IMG/VR virus record: IMGVR_UViG_3300046710_000261
Location: 64,001-128,000 of that record
From: a virus
Taxonomy: Duplodnaviria > Caudoviricetes
DNA: 64,000 nt
Direction: 5' to 3' (one strand)
Position numbers and translations under genes: made by a program. Each line of letters begins with the position of its first letter. The stretch's first letter is position 1. Of the stretch, positions 26,694 to 35,734 are shown piece after piece. The notes under the pieces were generated by a model, which had not been told where the DNA came from, did not search any database, and saw nothing but the letters and a program-made list of their open reading frames with translations.

Positions 26694-27125
26694 TTATCTC
26701 ACCTTTTCGGAAGTATAATTTCCCCTGATTTCCCGATGGTAAAAACTACCAGCAGAAGAGGCGGAAAGTAAATCTTGGGCAAGGTACAAGGGAACATCTG
26801 AATATTTGTAAGATGCACCGCTGATGAAATTGATAATCAATTCAACTTTGGGAGAATCCACATTGGGTTGTGGCCTGTCATCAAATTCCACTGATTGAAT
26901 GTTAGACGACTCGACTCCATAAATCATCCTTCTCGGCGTTCTCTGTGCTTCAGCAATGGTCAGGCCAGTAATTAAAGCGAAAACACTATCCGATTGCGTT
27001 TTGATCCCCCCAATGATGTTCCTGAGTTTTTCATCATCATTTATTGGGGTATTATCCAATTCATCCAAAAGACTTCTGATGGTTTCCGATACGTTGAGAA
27101 TTTTTCCAGCTTCTTTGATCTTCAT
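26694..27125 (-). CDS. Protein with C-terminal KTSC domain
   Basis: ESSNIQSVEFD...F.SG.SYKYSDVP......ASSAGSFYHREIRG. Confidence 0.8.
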   Translation of the reverse strand: MKIKEAGKILNVSETIRSLLDELDNTPINDDEKLRNIIGGIKTQSDSVFALITGLTIAEAQRTPRRMIYGVESSNIQSVEFDDRPQPNVDSPKVELIINFISGASYKYSDVPLYLAQDLLSASSAGSFYHREIRGNYTSEKVR

Positions 27126-27137
27126 TTTTATCCTTTC

Positions 27138-27551
27138 TTATTCACCGATCTGAATGTTTTGGTTCAATGACAGGAAGGTACGCAACATCTTATCATTATC
27201 GGTAAGAATTTGAAATTGCGTATATCTATTGCATCCACCAGTATAATCCTTCATATTCGTGATCGTTCGATAGAGAATATTGTACTGTGGATTGCTGTGG
27301 AACTGATCTTTGTTCATCGTGATATAAATCCCATTGCCTTCACTCCACATACCCATAAGGGTAAGATCACCAGAGCAGGCAGGGCCAGCATGATTGAAAC
27401 GAACATCAAATTCCTTCAATTCCAGCACAGAGGCCAATTCCCGCATGGCCTTTTTGCCCGTCCGGCAAAATCTTCGCTTCAATTCAGAATTGTGGTAGGG
27501 GTCTTCATTACTCAACATCAGGGCAGATAATTTTTTCAGACTATCCATCAT
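27138..27551 (-). CDS. Hypothetical protein (N.AGPACSGD..L...YR....KDYTGG.N motif)
   Basis: ORF with RBS; motif resembles mobile-element early proteins. Confidence 0.65.
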   Translation of the reverse strand: MMDSLKKLSALMLSNEDPYHNSELKRRFCRTGKKAMRELASVLELKEFDVRFNHAGPACSGDLTLMGMWSEGNGIYITMNKDQFHSNPQYNILYRTITNMKDYTGGCNRYTQFQILTDNDKMLRTFLSLNQNIQIGE

Positions 27552-27560
27552 TTTCCTTTC

Positions 27561-28112
27561 TTATGAAAGAATTTGTGAAAGAACCTTTGCGGTCCTTTTA
27601 TCGGTTTTTTTGCTGAATTGCATATTGGTTATGCTGATAGGTGAAGAAACATTTTTTTGGGTATTTTCAAAGGGCTTATTCCAATGACCGATGTTCAGAT
27701 GCATGTAGAAATTGCAATTGAAATAATCGGTTTGAATATCAGACTTGTCCCAATGATATTGACCGATAATCGCGTATGTCCTTCTCATTGCAGTCCAGGC
27801 TTTATGGGTTAGTGGAGTACCATTACAAAATGGATCATGTTCATCATACTCATCCCTTAATTGGTATTGGTTCAATTGAGCATATCCTTTTTCTTGGAGG
27901 TATTCAATAGTCTTTTTGTGATCTTCACTGGTAGGATTGAATCGGGAAATGTCATACCGAAACACATCAAAGGGGGCTTTCATCAAGGAAACATGAAGAG
28001 ATTGACCCATAGAGTATCTTTGAATGGTAACAGAAAACGTGGCTTTCGGAAATTCCCTTTTGAGTTGATTTCTGACTTTCAGCGCGATTTCTTTGATGCC
28101 TGTGTATTCCAT
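27561..28112 (-). CDS. LPD29-like (large polyvalent protein-associated) domain protein
   Basis: A..VR..LK..FP...FSV...YSMG.S; D.SDIQTDYF. Confidence 0.7.
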   Translation of the reverse strand: MEYTGIKEIALKVRNQLKREFPKATFSVTIQRYSMGQSLHVSLMKAPFDVFRYDISRFNPTSEDHKKTIEYLQEKGYAQLNQYQLRDEYDEHDPFCNGTPLTHKAWTAMRRTYAIIGQYHWDKSDIQTDYFNCNFYMHLNIGHWNKPFENTQKNVSSPISITNMQFSKKTDKRTAKVLSQILS

Positions 28113-28115
28113 TTT

Positions 28116-28274
28116 TTACTCCTTCACGATTTCAAATTGAATGGCAGATACTTCGCGTTCATCATATTGCCCAGCAAATAAAAACTCTCCGGTATTAGCA
28201 ACAGAAAAACCATCCTTCTCCAATTTTTCTCTTACGATTTTTTCTACTTCTTCGATAGACAATACGATTTTCAT
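28116..28274 (-). CDS. Small hypothetical early protein
   Basis: Start MKIVLSIEE behind GAGG; TTGACA-17-TATAAT at 28325-28297. Confidence 0.55.
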   Translation of the reverse strand: MKIVLSIEEVEKIVREKLEKDGFSVANTGEFLFAGQYDEREVSAIQFEIVKE

Positions 28275-28334
28275 TTTTTCCTCACTTTCTAAATTTATTA
28301 TACCAAATTTTGGTTTCTGTGTCAAGTCTTTTTT

Positions 28335-28571
28335 TTAGATATTTTCCCCCGCTCTCATTTCTATAATTTCATTGTCAAGATTATCAATTTTTTTTTGTTG
28401 TTCATCCACCAATTTTTTGAAAGATTTTCTTAACCTATTGATTCTTTTATCTAATATTTCAATGTCTCTTACTTCATTTCCAGAAAATTCGGAAATTGAG
28501 GTGATTGTTTCTTGCCTGTAATCTTCTAACAACATATTGTATTTATTCATCAATTTTTTGTTTATGTCCAC
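28335..28571 (-). CDS. Small coiled-coil early protein
   Basis: GTG start behind GAGGG; TTGACA-17-TATAAT at 28622-28594. Confidence 0.55.
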   Translation of the reverse strand: MDINKKLMNKYNMLLEDYRQETITSISEFSGNEVRDIEILDKRINRLRKSFKKLVDEQQKKIDNLDNEIIEMRAGENI

Positions 28572-28593
28572 TTTTCCCTCACTTTCTAATATC

Positions 28594-28842
28594 ATTATAC
28601 CAAAATTTTGCTTGCCTGTCAAGTCTTTTTTTCATTTTTCTTCAAATTATTTTGGGGTATAACTTCTTGAAATCATTATGAAAGATTTTTCTTGACAAAA
28701 TATTCAATTTTTGGTATACTAGATAATAGAAAGTGAGAGAAAATGTTTTTAGAAATTATGTTTTATTGCTTTTTGATCAATGTAATATTTTTTGAAATTG
28801 GCAAAAAAATTTCTTGACATTGCATTTTTTGTATGGTAGAAT
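28594..28842. promoter_or_regulatory. Divergent early promoter cluster at the strand switch
   Basis: Minus: TTGACA 28622-28617/TATAAT; plus: TTGACA 28692/TATACT 28715 and TTGACA 28814/TAGAAT 28837, all with 17-nt spacers. Confidence 0.8.
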
Positions 28843-28863
28843 AAGAGAAAATGGAGGGAAGAA

Positions 28864-29049
28864 ATGAAAGTGAATATGGAAAATGTGGTTGTTCCTTTTT
28901 GGGCAAAATTTGCAGTTTTATTTGAAGATTGTTCTTTTGTCTTCTTTGGTTCAAAACGTGGAACTGCTGAAAGTGTTTCAAATCATTGGAATGCCAAAGG
29001 CTGGAAGAATGAAGTTAAACCCGTAAATCAAGATGAATCAGTGAAATAA
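28864..29049 (+). CDS. Hypothetical early protein
   Basis: GGAGG RBS downstream of promoter. Confidence 0.55.
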   Translation: MKVNMENVVVPFWAKFAVLFEDCSFVFFGSKRGTAESVSNHWNAKGWKNEVKPVNQDESVK

Positions 29050-29289
29050 ATGGAAGTCAAAAGAGATAGAATTACTTTTTGGTTTGGTAAGTTGACATTT
29101 GAAGTCTATTGGATAGATTTTCAATGGTCAAAAACAACCAAGGGATTTTTTGCCCCCACAATGCTTTTGTATCGTCCCAATAAGAGTTGGGAATGGCAAT
29201 GGGCAGTTGTGGCAAGAGTTTTAGGTTTCGGTTTCGGTTTGTCCTGGATGCATGTTAGTAACCCAAACATCAAGAAGGAAAGTAAATAG
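29050..29289 (+). CDS. Trp-rich hypothetical protein
   Basis: Abuts the previous gene. Confidence 0.55.
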   Translation: MEVKRDRITFWFGKLTFEVYWIDFQWSKTTKGFFAPTMLLYRPNKSWEWQWAVVARVLGFGFGLSWMHVSNPNIKKESK

Positions 29290-29492
29290 TGTTTTTCATT
29301 GGCAGCAAACATATAATCACAAAGCAATGGTTTGATTTTTTCAATCCTGATGCCAAAAAATTGAGGGATAATGAGGCAAAGAGATTGAAGAAAGAGGGAT
29401 TTAAAGTCAAAAAAGAAAACTGGAATTGCAGTATTGAACGTGGAAGCAAATGTTTCAAACTTCGGGCAGAAAGACCCATATCTTTCAAATAA
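29289..29492 (+). CDS. Hypothetical protein
   Basis: Coupled ORF. Confidence 0.5.
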   Translation: MFFIGSKHIITKQWFDFFNPDAKKLRDNEAKRLKKEGFKVKKENWNCSIERGSKCFKLRAERPISFK

Positions 29493-29504
29493 GGAGAATA
29501 AATA

Positions 29505-29963
29505 ATGTTACTGGAAAAAGGAACACTCTGTATCGTCAAGCGTGGATATAAATGGTATCGTGCCCGTTTCGGTGGAAAGCGTGATGCGTTTTATGGCATG
29601 GACAGAATTTCCTCTTTATCCGAAACGAGAGGTAAGAAATTTGTCACTCTCGCGGCTTATCTTCGCCTGAATAAAATCAAAGAGAATGAGGAAAAAATTC
29701 TCAAGGGATTTGCTGTTGAACGGCTTTACATCAAATTTAAGAAACCCGTCAGGGTGAAGAAGGCGAAGAGGGTAAAGGCAGTGAATAAGGAAACACTCAA
29801 CCCTGGTGAGAAGATTTCCGACAAAAAGGTCGAAAAACATTGGTGGTCAGCATCGAATGAAATTTGTTTATCCTGCACCAAGTCTTGCAAACAGAGTGGT
29901 TTTGTTACCATCGTTCAATGCAAGTCATATACCAAGAAAGCAAAAGAGGAAGCGAATGCTTGA
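29505..29963 (+). CDS. Basic protein with C-terminal Cys cluster
   Basis: AAGGAG RBS; CLSCTKSCKQS...C. Confidence 0.6.
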   Translation: MLLEKGTLCIVKRGYKWYRARFGGKRDAFYGMDRISSLSETRGKKFVTLAAYLRLNKIKENEEKILKGFAVERLYIKFKKPVRVKKAKRVKAVNKETLNPGEKISDKKVEKHWWSASNEICLSCTKSCKQSGFVTIVQCKSYTKKAKEEANA

Positions 29964-30147
29964 TTTAGGATCATATGTTTGTTGCAAAAATTGCAAGAAT
30001 TATGAGAGTTACCATAACGGATATTCCCATCGTTGTCCTGCCCTTCGCCATGAAATTGATATTGACATTGGTGGAGATGGATACGTAAGGGAAGTTGAGC
30101 CTTCCGATGAGAATACCTTTTTCTGCCGATTATTTGAGAAGGTATAA
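29956..30147 (+). CDS. Small Cys-rich protein
   Basis: CKNCKNY...C...FFCRLFE. Confidence 0.55.
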   Translation: MLDLGSYVCCKNCKNYESYHNGYSHRCPALRHEIDIDIGGDGYVREVEPSDENTFFCRLFEKV

Positions 30148-30788
30148 TGCCAGCCATTACAACAAAAGAATTTTACATAATGCTGATCAAGCGGGTTCAT
30201 CCTGACAGAAATCCAAATGTGCCTGATGCTGTCAGGAAAACCCAAGAAGTAAATTCAGTAAAAAATAATTTGAATGCCCTCATACGATTAGCAATACGAT
30301 GGGGATTCATGAAGGGAACACCGCCACCCGAAAGAACGAGAACAAGAACGAGAGAAACACAATATTGGGAAACCATAACCGATTTGAGGTTTGCAACATA
30401 TGTAATTTTCAAAATGGGAAGTTACAAAGTTTTAGGAAAAACGGGTGTGGTTATATTGGTTCAAAACATCAATGGCGGGAAATTTAACGGGGAGAAAAAA
30501 TACACGATTTATGTCAGGGGTGTAGGTCTTTTTGAATTGAAAATAAGAAGGAAAGACTTGCCGAAATTTTTCAGCAAAATTTATCATTCTGGAATGGTTT
30601 ACAACCCCTTATATAATGAGGGTGTTTTATACTTCAATAATATAAAACAAAGGACGTTGGATAGGGAACATGAAAAAGTAAAAAATATAGTGAGAGATAT
30701 TCATAGAGATATAAAAACGAAAAAGGAATATTGGGAAACGAAACAAGCGGAAGAGGAAAAGAAAAAATGGTGGCGAAAAAGAAAATGA
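30147..30788 (+). CDS. J-domain (DnaJ-like, HPD) protein
   Basis: Y..LIKRVHPDRNP......TQEVN. Confidence 0.65.
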   Translation: MPAITTKEFYIMLIKRVHPDRNPNVPDAVRKTQEVNSVKNNLNALIRLAIRWGFMKGTPPPERTRTRTRETQYWETITDLRFATYVIFKMGSYKVLGKTGVVILVQNINGGKFNGEKKYTIYVRGVGLFELKIRRKDLPKFFSKIYHSGMVYNPLYNEGVLYFNNIKQRTLDREHEKVKNIVRDIHRDIKTKKEYWETKQAEEEKKKWWRKRK

Positions 30789-30985
30789 AAATGAAAAGGA
30801 TAAAAAATACAAACAGAATAAAAATTCGTATTCCTCTTTCAACAAGGTCAGGGCATCGCATTGGAACAAAGAAGGGCAAAAAAGGATATGATAGGAAAGG
30901 GGGAAAGGAACAAAGAAAATTCTATTGGGATTATGGTGATGATTTTTGAAAGGGGGCCAGAAGGCCCCCGCACTACCTTTGCTGA

Positions 30986-31189
30986 TTATCTGGGAAGATA
31001 ATCATGGAGAGGGGTAATCCATTTGTTGACAAAGACACCCTTTGATTCAGCATTCATCAGACGATCATATGTTCTTTTGTTCACATCATAATAATCATAT
31101 GTTCTTCCGCCGTGACGAAACGTGATGGATAGTCTCTGACTTTCCACATCATACTTCACATTACTTATTGCATTTGACTTTACTCTCAT
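30986..31189 (-). CDS. KTSC domain protein
   Basis: VKSNAISNVKYD...L.ITF..G.TYDYYDV......LMNAESKG.FVN..I; own promoter and terminator (30951-30970). Confidence 0.85.
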   Translation of the reverse strand: MRVKSNAISNVKYDVESQRLSITFRHGGRTYDYYDVNKRTYDRLMNAESKGVFVNKWITPLHDYLPR

Positions 31190-31432
31190 CGAAATTCCTC
31201 CTTCTTGAGATTTATTACTCTTATTATAGCATATCAAGAATATAATTGTAAACATTTGATTTCAAAAATTTTTTCTGGTTTTGAAAAAAGTGTTTACTCA
31301 TAATATTTATTTCATTTCAAATATTTGTAAGTCATTATTTGAATAATATCCGATGTTTACAATTCGGATTGGATAGTATATAATAATGAGTGAATATGGC
31401 AATTGCCTTATAAAATTATAGGAGGAAAGTAT

Positions 31433-31750
31433 ATGAATCGAGCAGATTTAACAATTGATTTGGCCGCTGAATTGGGAATTTCCAAAAAGCAAGCGAAAGA
31501 CGCTGTAACATTAATCTTTGATCAGATTGCAAAAGGAATGGTATCAGAGGGAAAAGTTACAATAGTCGATTTCGGTTCTTTCATGGCAGTTCACAAACCA
31601 GCCCGACCAGCCAGAAATCCAAGAACGGGTGAAGCAGTAACCGTTCCTGCAAGGATTGTTCCCAAATTCAAGGCTGCAAAAGCATTGAAGGCACTGGTAA
31701 GAAACGCCGATGTTCCTGAAGAATCCGCGCCAGAAGAACCAACAGAATAA
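31433..31750 (+). CDS. hup: HU/IHF-family DNA-binding protein
   Basis: MNRADL, FGSF, ARNPRTGE, PKFKAAKALK. Confidence 0.92.
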   Translation: MNRADLTIDLAAELGISKKQAKDAVTLIFDQIAKGMVSEGKVTIVDFGSFMAVHKPARPARNPRTGEAVTVPARIVPKFKAAKALKALVRNADVPEESAPEEPTE

Positions 31751-31795
31751 TTATGATGGGGGCTGAAAGGCCCCCAAATAATTTCCAGGAAAAAC

Positions 31796-32704
31796 ATGAT
31801 GACAAATGAATTTGATAGCACAGAAATGTGGCCCTTCAAGCATGAACCAGTTTCTCTTGACGAAATGGTTTTGAGTAATGATATACGAGAGAGACTGAAA
31901 AAAATTATAAAAACTAGACCCAACATATTATTAATCGGTCCTGCGGGAGTTGGTAAGGGAACATTCACCAATATATTTCTGAAAGAAACAGGATTGGATA
32001 GCATGAAAATAAACTGTTCTGATGAAACATCCATTGATAATGTCAGGAATAATATAAAATCTTTTGCTACCGCACTTGGTAGAAATCCATTGAAGGTTGT
32101 TATAATGAATGAAATGGATTGGCTCAGTCTCCCCGCGCAAGCTATGTTGAGAGATTTGATAGAAAAGGTCGAAAAAATAACTCGATTTATTTTCATGTGT
32201 AATTATGGAGATAAATTGATGCCCGAATTAGTGTCCCGCTGCCAAGTAATTTCACTTAATGCTCCACCAGAAAAGGATATAATAATTTTTTGCTGGAAAA
32301 TACTTAAAAAAGAAAAAGTTATTATAAAGGATAAGATAGCAATCATCGAAATGATAAGAAAACTCTATCCTGATATAAGAGGAATAATAAATACTCTTCA
32401 ATACAATACAATAGATAACACGATTGATGAAATAAAAATAATAGAAGTCAGCATTATATATAAAGAAGTGTTGGAAAATATTAAAAAGGTCGATCTCAAT
32501 GAGATAAGAAGAATTTTGAGAAGCAATGCGGTAAACTATTCAGACCTATACAATTTCTTATTTTCAAGCATAGATGAATTTAAATCGCCAGGGGATATGA
32601 TAATTGAAATCGGGGATGCGTTGTATAGAGATAGTTTCTTCTCAATCAAGGAAATTAATTTCATGAGATTTATTGCTAGGTGTATAAAGGAAAAATACAT
32701 ATAA
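31796..32704 (+). CDS. gp44: Clamp loader large subunit (gp44/RFC-like)
   Basis: W..KH.P..L, GPAGVGKGT, NEMD, AQAMLR..IE, SRC, PDIR. Confidence 0.9.
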   Translation: MMTNEFDSTEMWPFKHEPVSLDEMVLSNDIRERLKKIIKTRPNILLIGPAGVGKGTFTNIFLKETGLDSMKINCSDETSIDNVRNNIKSFATALGRNPLKVVIMNEMDWLSLPAQAMLRDLIEKVEKITRFIFMCNYGDKLMPELVSRCQVISLNAPPEKDIIIFCWKILKKEKVIIKDKIAIIEMIRKLYPDIRGIINTLQYNTIDNTIDEIKIIEVSIIYKEVLENIKKVDLNEIRRILRSNAVNYSDLYNFLFSSIDEFKSPGDMIIEIGDALYRDSFFSIKEINFMRFIARCIKEKYI

Positions 32705-33075
32705 TGGCTGTGAATAAATTTGGGGAAGTTATAAATTCGATTTATGATAAGAGAGAGATTGATTATAAACAAAGCGATCTTCCACCTTATATACTATCCT
32801 TGTATTTTTCCCACGACAAAAACCTGATTGAAATTGTAAATAGAATAAATGAAATCCAATTCTTCCTGCCGGCAAAAATGATTTATAAATACTATTTTTA
32901 CAAGATACCCAAAGGCAGACGATGGATAAAGTGGGTAAAGAAAGAAGAGAGTGGTATTTTGGATGAACAATTAGAAGAGGCGCGGGAAAGACTGGGAATA
33001 TCAAGATTGGAAATGTCTAAATTCTTGCCCTTTATAAAAATGAAATGGAAAGAAAAAAATGGGGATGGGAAGTAG
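32704..33075 (+). CDS. gp62: Clamp loader small subunit (gp62-like)
   Basis: Directly after gp44; IPKGRRWIKWVKK motif. Confidence 0.75.
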   Translation: MAVNKFGEVINSIYDKREIDYKQSDLPPYILSLYFSHDKNLIEIVNRINEIQFFLPAKMIYKYYFYKIPKGRRWIKWVKKEESGILDEQLEEARERLGISRLEMSKFLPFIKMKWKEKNGDGK

Positions 33076-33499
33076 TTTTGATTCTTATTGGGAAGAAAAC
33101 CAAAAAGGAAGAAAGAGAATGTCAAAAAATTTTTGGGTAGAAAGTAAAGCCTTGGAAGAATCTTTTCAGGGTTCGCCTGGAAGAAAAAAGAAAAGTAATT
33201 ATGGTGTATGTAACCAATGTAAACATTTCAGAATGCAGATTTTAGAATTTGGTGGCGACAGAGCATTGTGTGATAGTGGTTATTATGGTGAAAATGTTAT
33301 TTGGTCACAACCCAATAAGGTAGACCCCATTGTTGAATGTTCCATGTATTATCCTAAAGGACAATTAGACTTGGCGGATATGTCTGGAATAGCAACACTG
33401 ATTGATGTTAAACCCAAAGAGAAAGCAGGATTTAACTTGGGGAATGGTGAATTAGAAGTGGTGATAACACCACCAAAAGAAAAGAAGGAGGAAGAATAA
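33059..33499 (+). CDS. Cys-rich hypothetical protein
   Basis: CNQC...C...CSMY; lies between gp62 and gp45. Confidence 0.6.
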   Translation: MGMGSSFDSYWEENQKGRKRMSKNFWVESKALEESFQGSPGRKKKSNYGVCNQCKHFRMQILEFGGDRALCDSGYYGENVIWSQPNKVDPIVECSMYYPKGQLDLADMSGIATLIDVKPKEKAGFNLGNGELEVVITPPKEKKEEE

Positions 33500-34255
33500 A
33501 TGCGCTTACATGTGGGAGAGTTCAAAAAAATTCTCAAAAAAGCAACAGTGAATTTTGCTTTTGAAAGTGTTCAAATTAACTTTAAGAAAAATTCAGTAAA
33601 GAGTGGAATGATAGCGAAGGCAAATGATGTCATATCTATCATTAATATTCCGAGCAATGATGCCCTTATTGAAATGGATACAGTCCAGGATATATCTCTT
33701 AATTTCAATGACCCCAATACAAATGTTCTGCCTTATCTAAATGTATATGATGATGGGGATGTAATTAATGTTGAAACATCTTTGGAAAAAATGGTTCTAT
33801 CTATGGACGCACAGAAGGTTAATATTCACTTCTGCCCATCAGAGCTTGTTACAATATTCACAAGTGATACCATACGTTCTGATGTAAAATGTTTTCATGA
33901 AATGAAATTAGATGATGTTTTCATCAGAAACTTTCTAAAGATCAAGAAAATAGGAGCAACATTCGGGAAAGTTTATTTCGGGGTTGATAATAACATTTTA
34001 TATATGGAGACTACGGACCAGAAAAATACTTATGCAAATTCTTTGAGGGTGAATTTAGTTCCTCTCAAGATGGAAAATTTGGCTTTATTCTTCCAATATA
34101 AAGATTTGGTAAATGTTTTCTCTGTTATCGGGGAAGAGTATGCTGATTTTGTTCTTAGTTTGTCATGGACTAAATCTCAAGATTTAGGAATGATTTCATT
34201 CATTAAAACGGATAGTAGCGAAAAATATTATCTTTTATCAAAATTAGATCAATAG
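33500..34255 (+). CDS. gp45: DNA sliding clamp (gp45/PCNA-like)
   Basis: 251 aa, two-repeat beta/alpha pattern, C-terminal KYYL, next to the clamp loader. Confidence 0.7.
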   Translation: MRLHVGEFKKILKKATVNFAFESVQINFKKNSVKSGMIAKANDVISIINIPSNDALIEMDTVQDISLNFNDPNTNVLPYLNVYDDGDVINVETSLEKMVLSMDAQKVNIHFCPSELVTIFTSDTIRSDVKCFHEMKLDDVFIRNFLKIKKIGATFGKVYFGVDNNILYMETTDQKNTYANSLRVNLVPLKMENLALFFQYKDLVNVFSVIGEEYADFVLSLSWTKSQDLGMISFIKTDSSEKYYLLSKLDQ

Positions 34256-34259
34256 GACG

Positions 34260-34288
34260 TTTACAATTTGAAATGAATATGTTATAAT
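34260..34288 (+). promoter_or_regulatory. Promoter of the Ubl gene
   Basis: TTTACA-17-TATAAT with TG extension. Confidence 0.75.
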
Positions 34289-34342
34289 TATTTCATAATC
34301 GTAAAACGATAAAGTTGCAAAATCCAAATTTGGAGGTTAATT

Positions 34343-34618
34343 ATGTCAGAGAGAGACGAAAGAGAAGTATGGGCAAGAGAAGAAAGTCCCAGAAACCTTG
34401 AGGGATTGGGAACCTTTGCGTTAGTCAATGGAGCACAGATTCCTTTGACCGCAGGTGCCAGCTTCAAGGATACTTGTCTCCAGCTTTCCCGTGATGCGGG
34501 TTTCGGAAAGTTCCGTGTTTATCTAAACGGTTCAGAGATTACCCCATCCCAGGCACCCGAAACATTGAATGAGGGTGACAAAATGGAGATAAGAGCTTTT
34601 GACGTTGCTGGTAGATAA
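34343..34618 (+). CDS. Ubiquitin-like (beta-grasp, MoaD/ThiS-like) protein
   Basis: FRVYLNG...L.EGD.MEIR..DVAGR; adjacent to E1 and JAB genes. Confidence 0.75.
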   Translation: MSERDEREVWAREESPRNLEGLGTFALVNGAQIPLTAGASFKDTCLQLSRDAGFGKFRVYLNGSEITPSQAPETLNEGDKMEIRAFDVAGR

Positions 34619-34661
34619 AAGCTGTCAAATTTTCGAAAATTTGTAAACGCCAGCGTTGCTT

Positions 34662-34697
34662 GAGGAAGAAAGAGAAATTTTTCTTCCTCTTTTTTTA
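34662..34697 (+). terminator. Intrinsic terminator after the Ubl gene
   Basis: GAGGAAGAAA...TTTCTTCCTC followed by T-run. Confidence 0.75.
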
Positions 34698-34774
34698 TGT
34701 TTACATATTGATGTTTTTATGTTATAATATAAGTAGAATTGTATTGTCTATTTTTCAATATAGGAGAGAAAAAC

Positions 34775-35728
34775 ATGGCAGAAAAAAATCTTGATGATCT
34801 GAAATCGGAAATGACCAATTGCCTCAATGTTGTAGATATTGAGAAGATCAAATTGGATAAAGTGACAATGAGAGTTGGAAACAAGATCGTTCAGCTTGCC
34901 GTTGTCGGTGATGCTTCTTCCACATCTGTTGATCAGGAAATCAGAAAAGAATATAGCGAAAAACTAACCAAGAAACTTGCTCAAATTGGAGATATAATCA
35001 ATAACAAGATGAGTGAAGTTACGGCCATGGTCAGTCAGATCAAAAGTGAATATGATCGAAAAGAAAAAATCATAAATGACAGAATGAGAAATATGTCTCC
35101 CATGCCTGATGTAAATTTAGATATGGCAAGAAAGGGAATGTATGTTTTCAAGGGAGATAGTGGAGAAGTTTGCTATCTTATCAGGGGAAAATATCGTCCT
35201 CTTATGATCGACCAGAAGCCCCTTAAACCTGTCCAGGCCAAAAAACTTGAAGCAGATATTTTCATTATGTTCAATGTAAAAGATGGAAAAAACATATCAA
35301 TGGTGTCTACCAGAGATATAAACACTCTTGACTATTTTGATCATTATCACCAAGCAAAACCCGATTGTTGGGGGAAATGGATGTGGCCGAAAGATTTTAA
35401 AACTCCTTATGATCTGTTTTCTATTGCTAGAACAGCAGAAGGTGTTTTGGAAAATATCAATACTGGTTCTATAGCAAATAGAAATCCAAGGATATATCCA
35501 AAGATTGATGTTCTGAGAAAATACATTATTGACACTGATGAATTGAAATCTGAATTGGATGGCATGAAAAAGGGAAAGAAGAAATCCTGGATGGAAATGG
35601 ATGAATTGGAATTGGAAAGACTTGCTGAAGGAAGAATGCCGGAACCAGAAGTGGCCCAGCCCCTACCAGGAGAAGAATTAAGACCTCAGAGACGAGAAGG
35701 CACGGAAACTTGGGATACAGGAAGGTAA
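34775..35728 (+). CDS. Coiled-coil + putative E2-like (H...C) domain protein, paralogue 1
   Basis: FDHYHQAKPDCWG; own promoter 34700-34728; between Ubl and E1. Confidence 0.5.
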   Translation: MAEKNLDDLKSEMTNCLNVVDIEKIKLDKVTMRVGNKIVQLAVVGDASSTSVDQEIRKEYSEKLTKKLAQIGDIINNKMSEVTAMVSQIKSEYDRKEKIINDRMRNMSPMPDVNLDMARKGMYVFKGDSGEVCYLIRGKYRPLMIDQKPLKPVQAKKLEADIFIMFNVKDGKNISMVSTRDINTLDYFDHYHQAKPDCWGKWMWPKDFKTPYDLFSIARTAEGVLENINTGSIANRNPRIYPKIDVLRKYIIDTDELKSELDGMKKGKKKSWMEMDELELERLAEGRMPEPEVAQPLPGEELRPQRREGTETWDTGR

Positions 35729-35734
35729 ACCAAT

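Noticed and set aside
33500-33535. MRLHVGEF start as another capsid-targeting tag
   Set aside because: Lacks the (Y/F)(I/L)xE spacing, and the gene is the probable sliding clamp in the replication cluster
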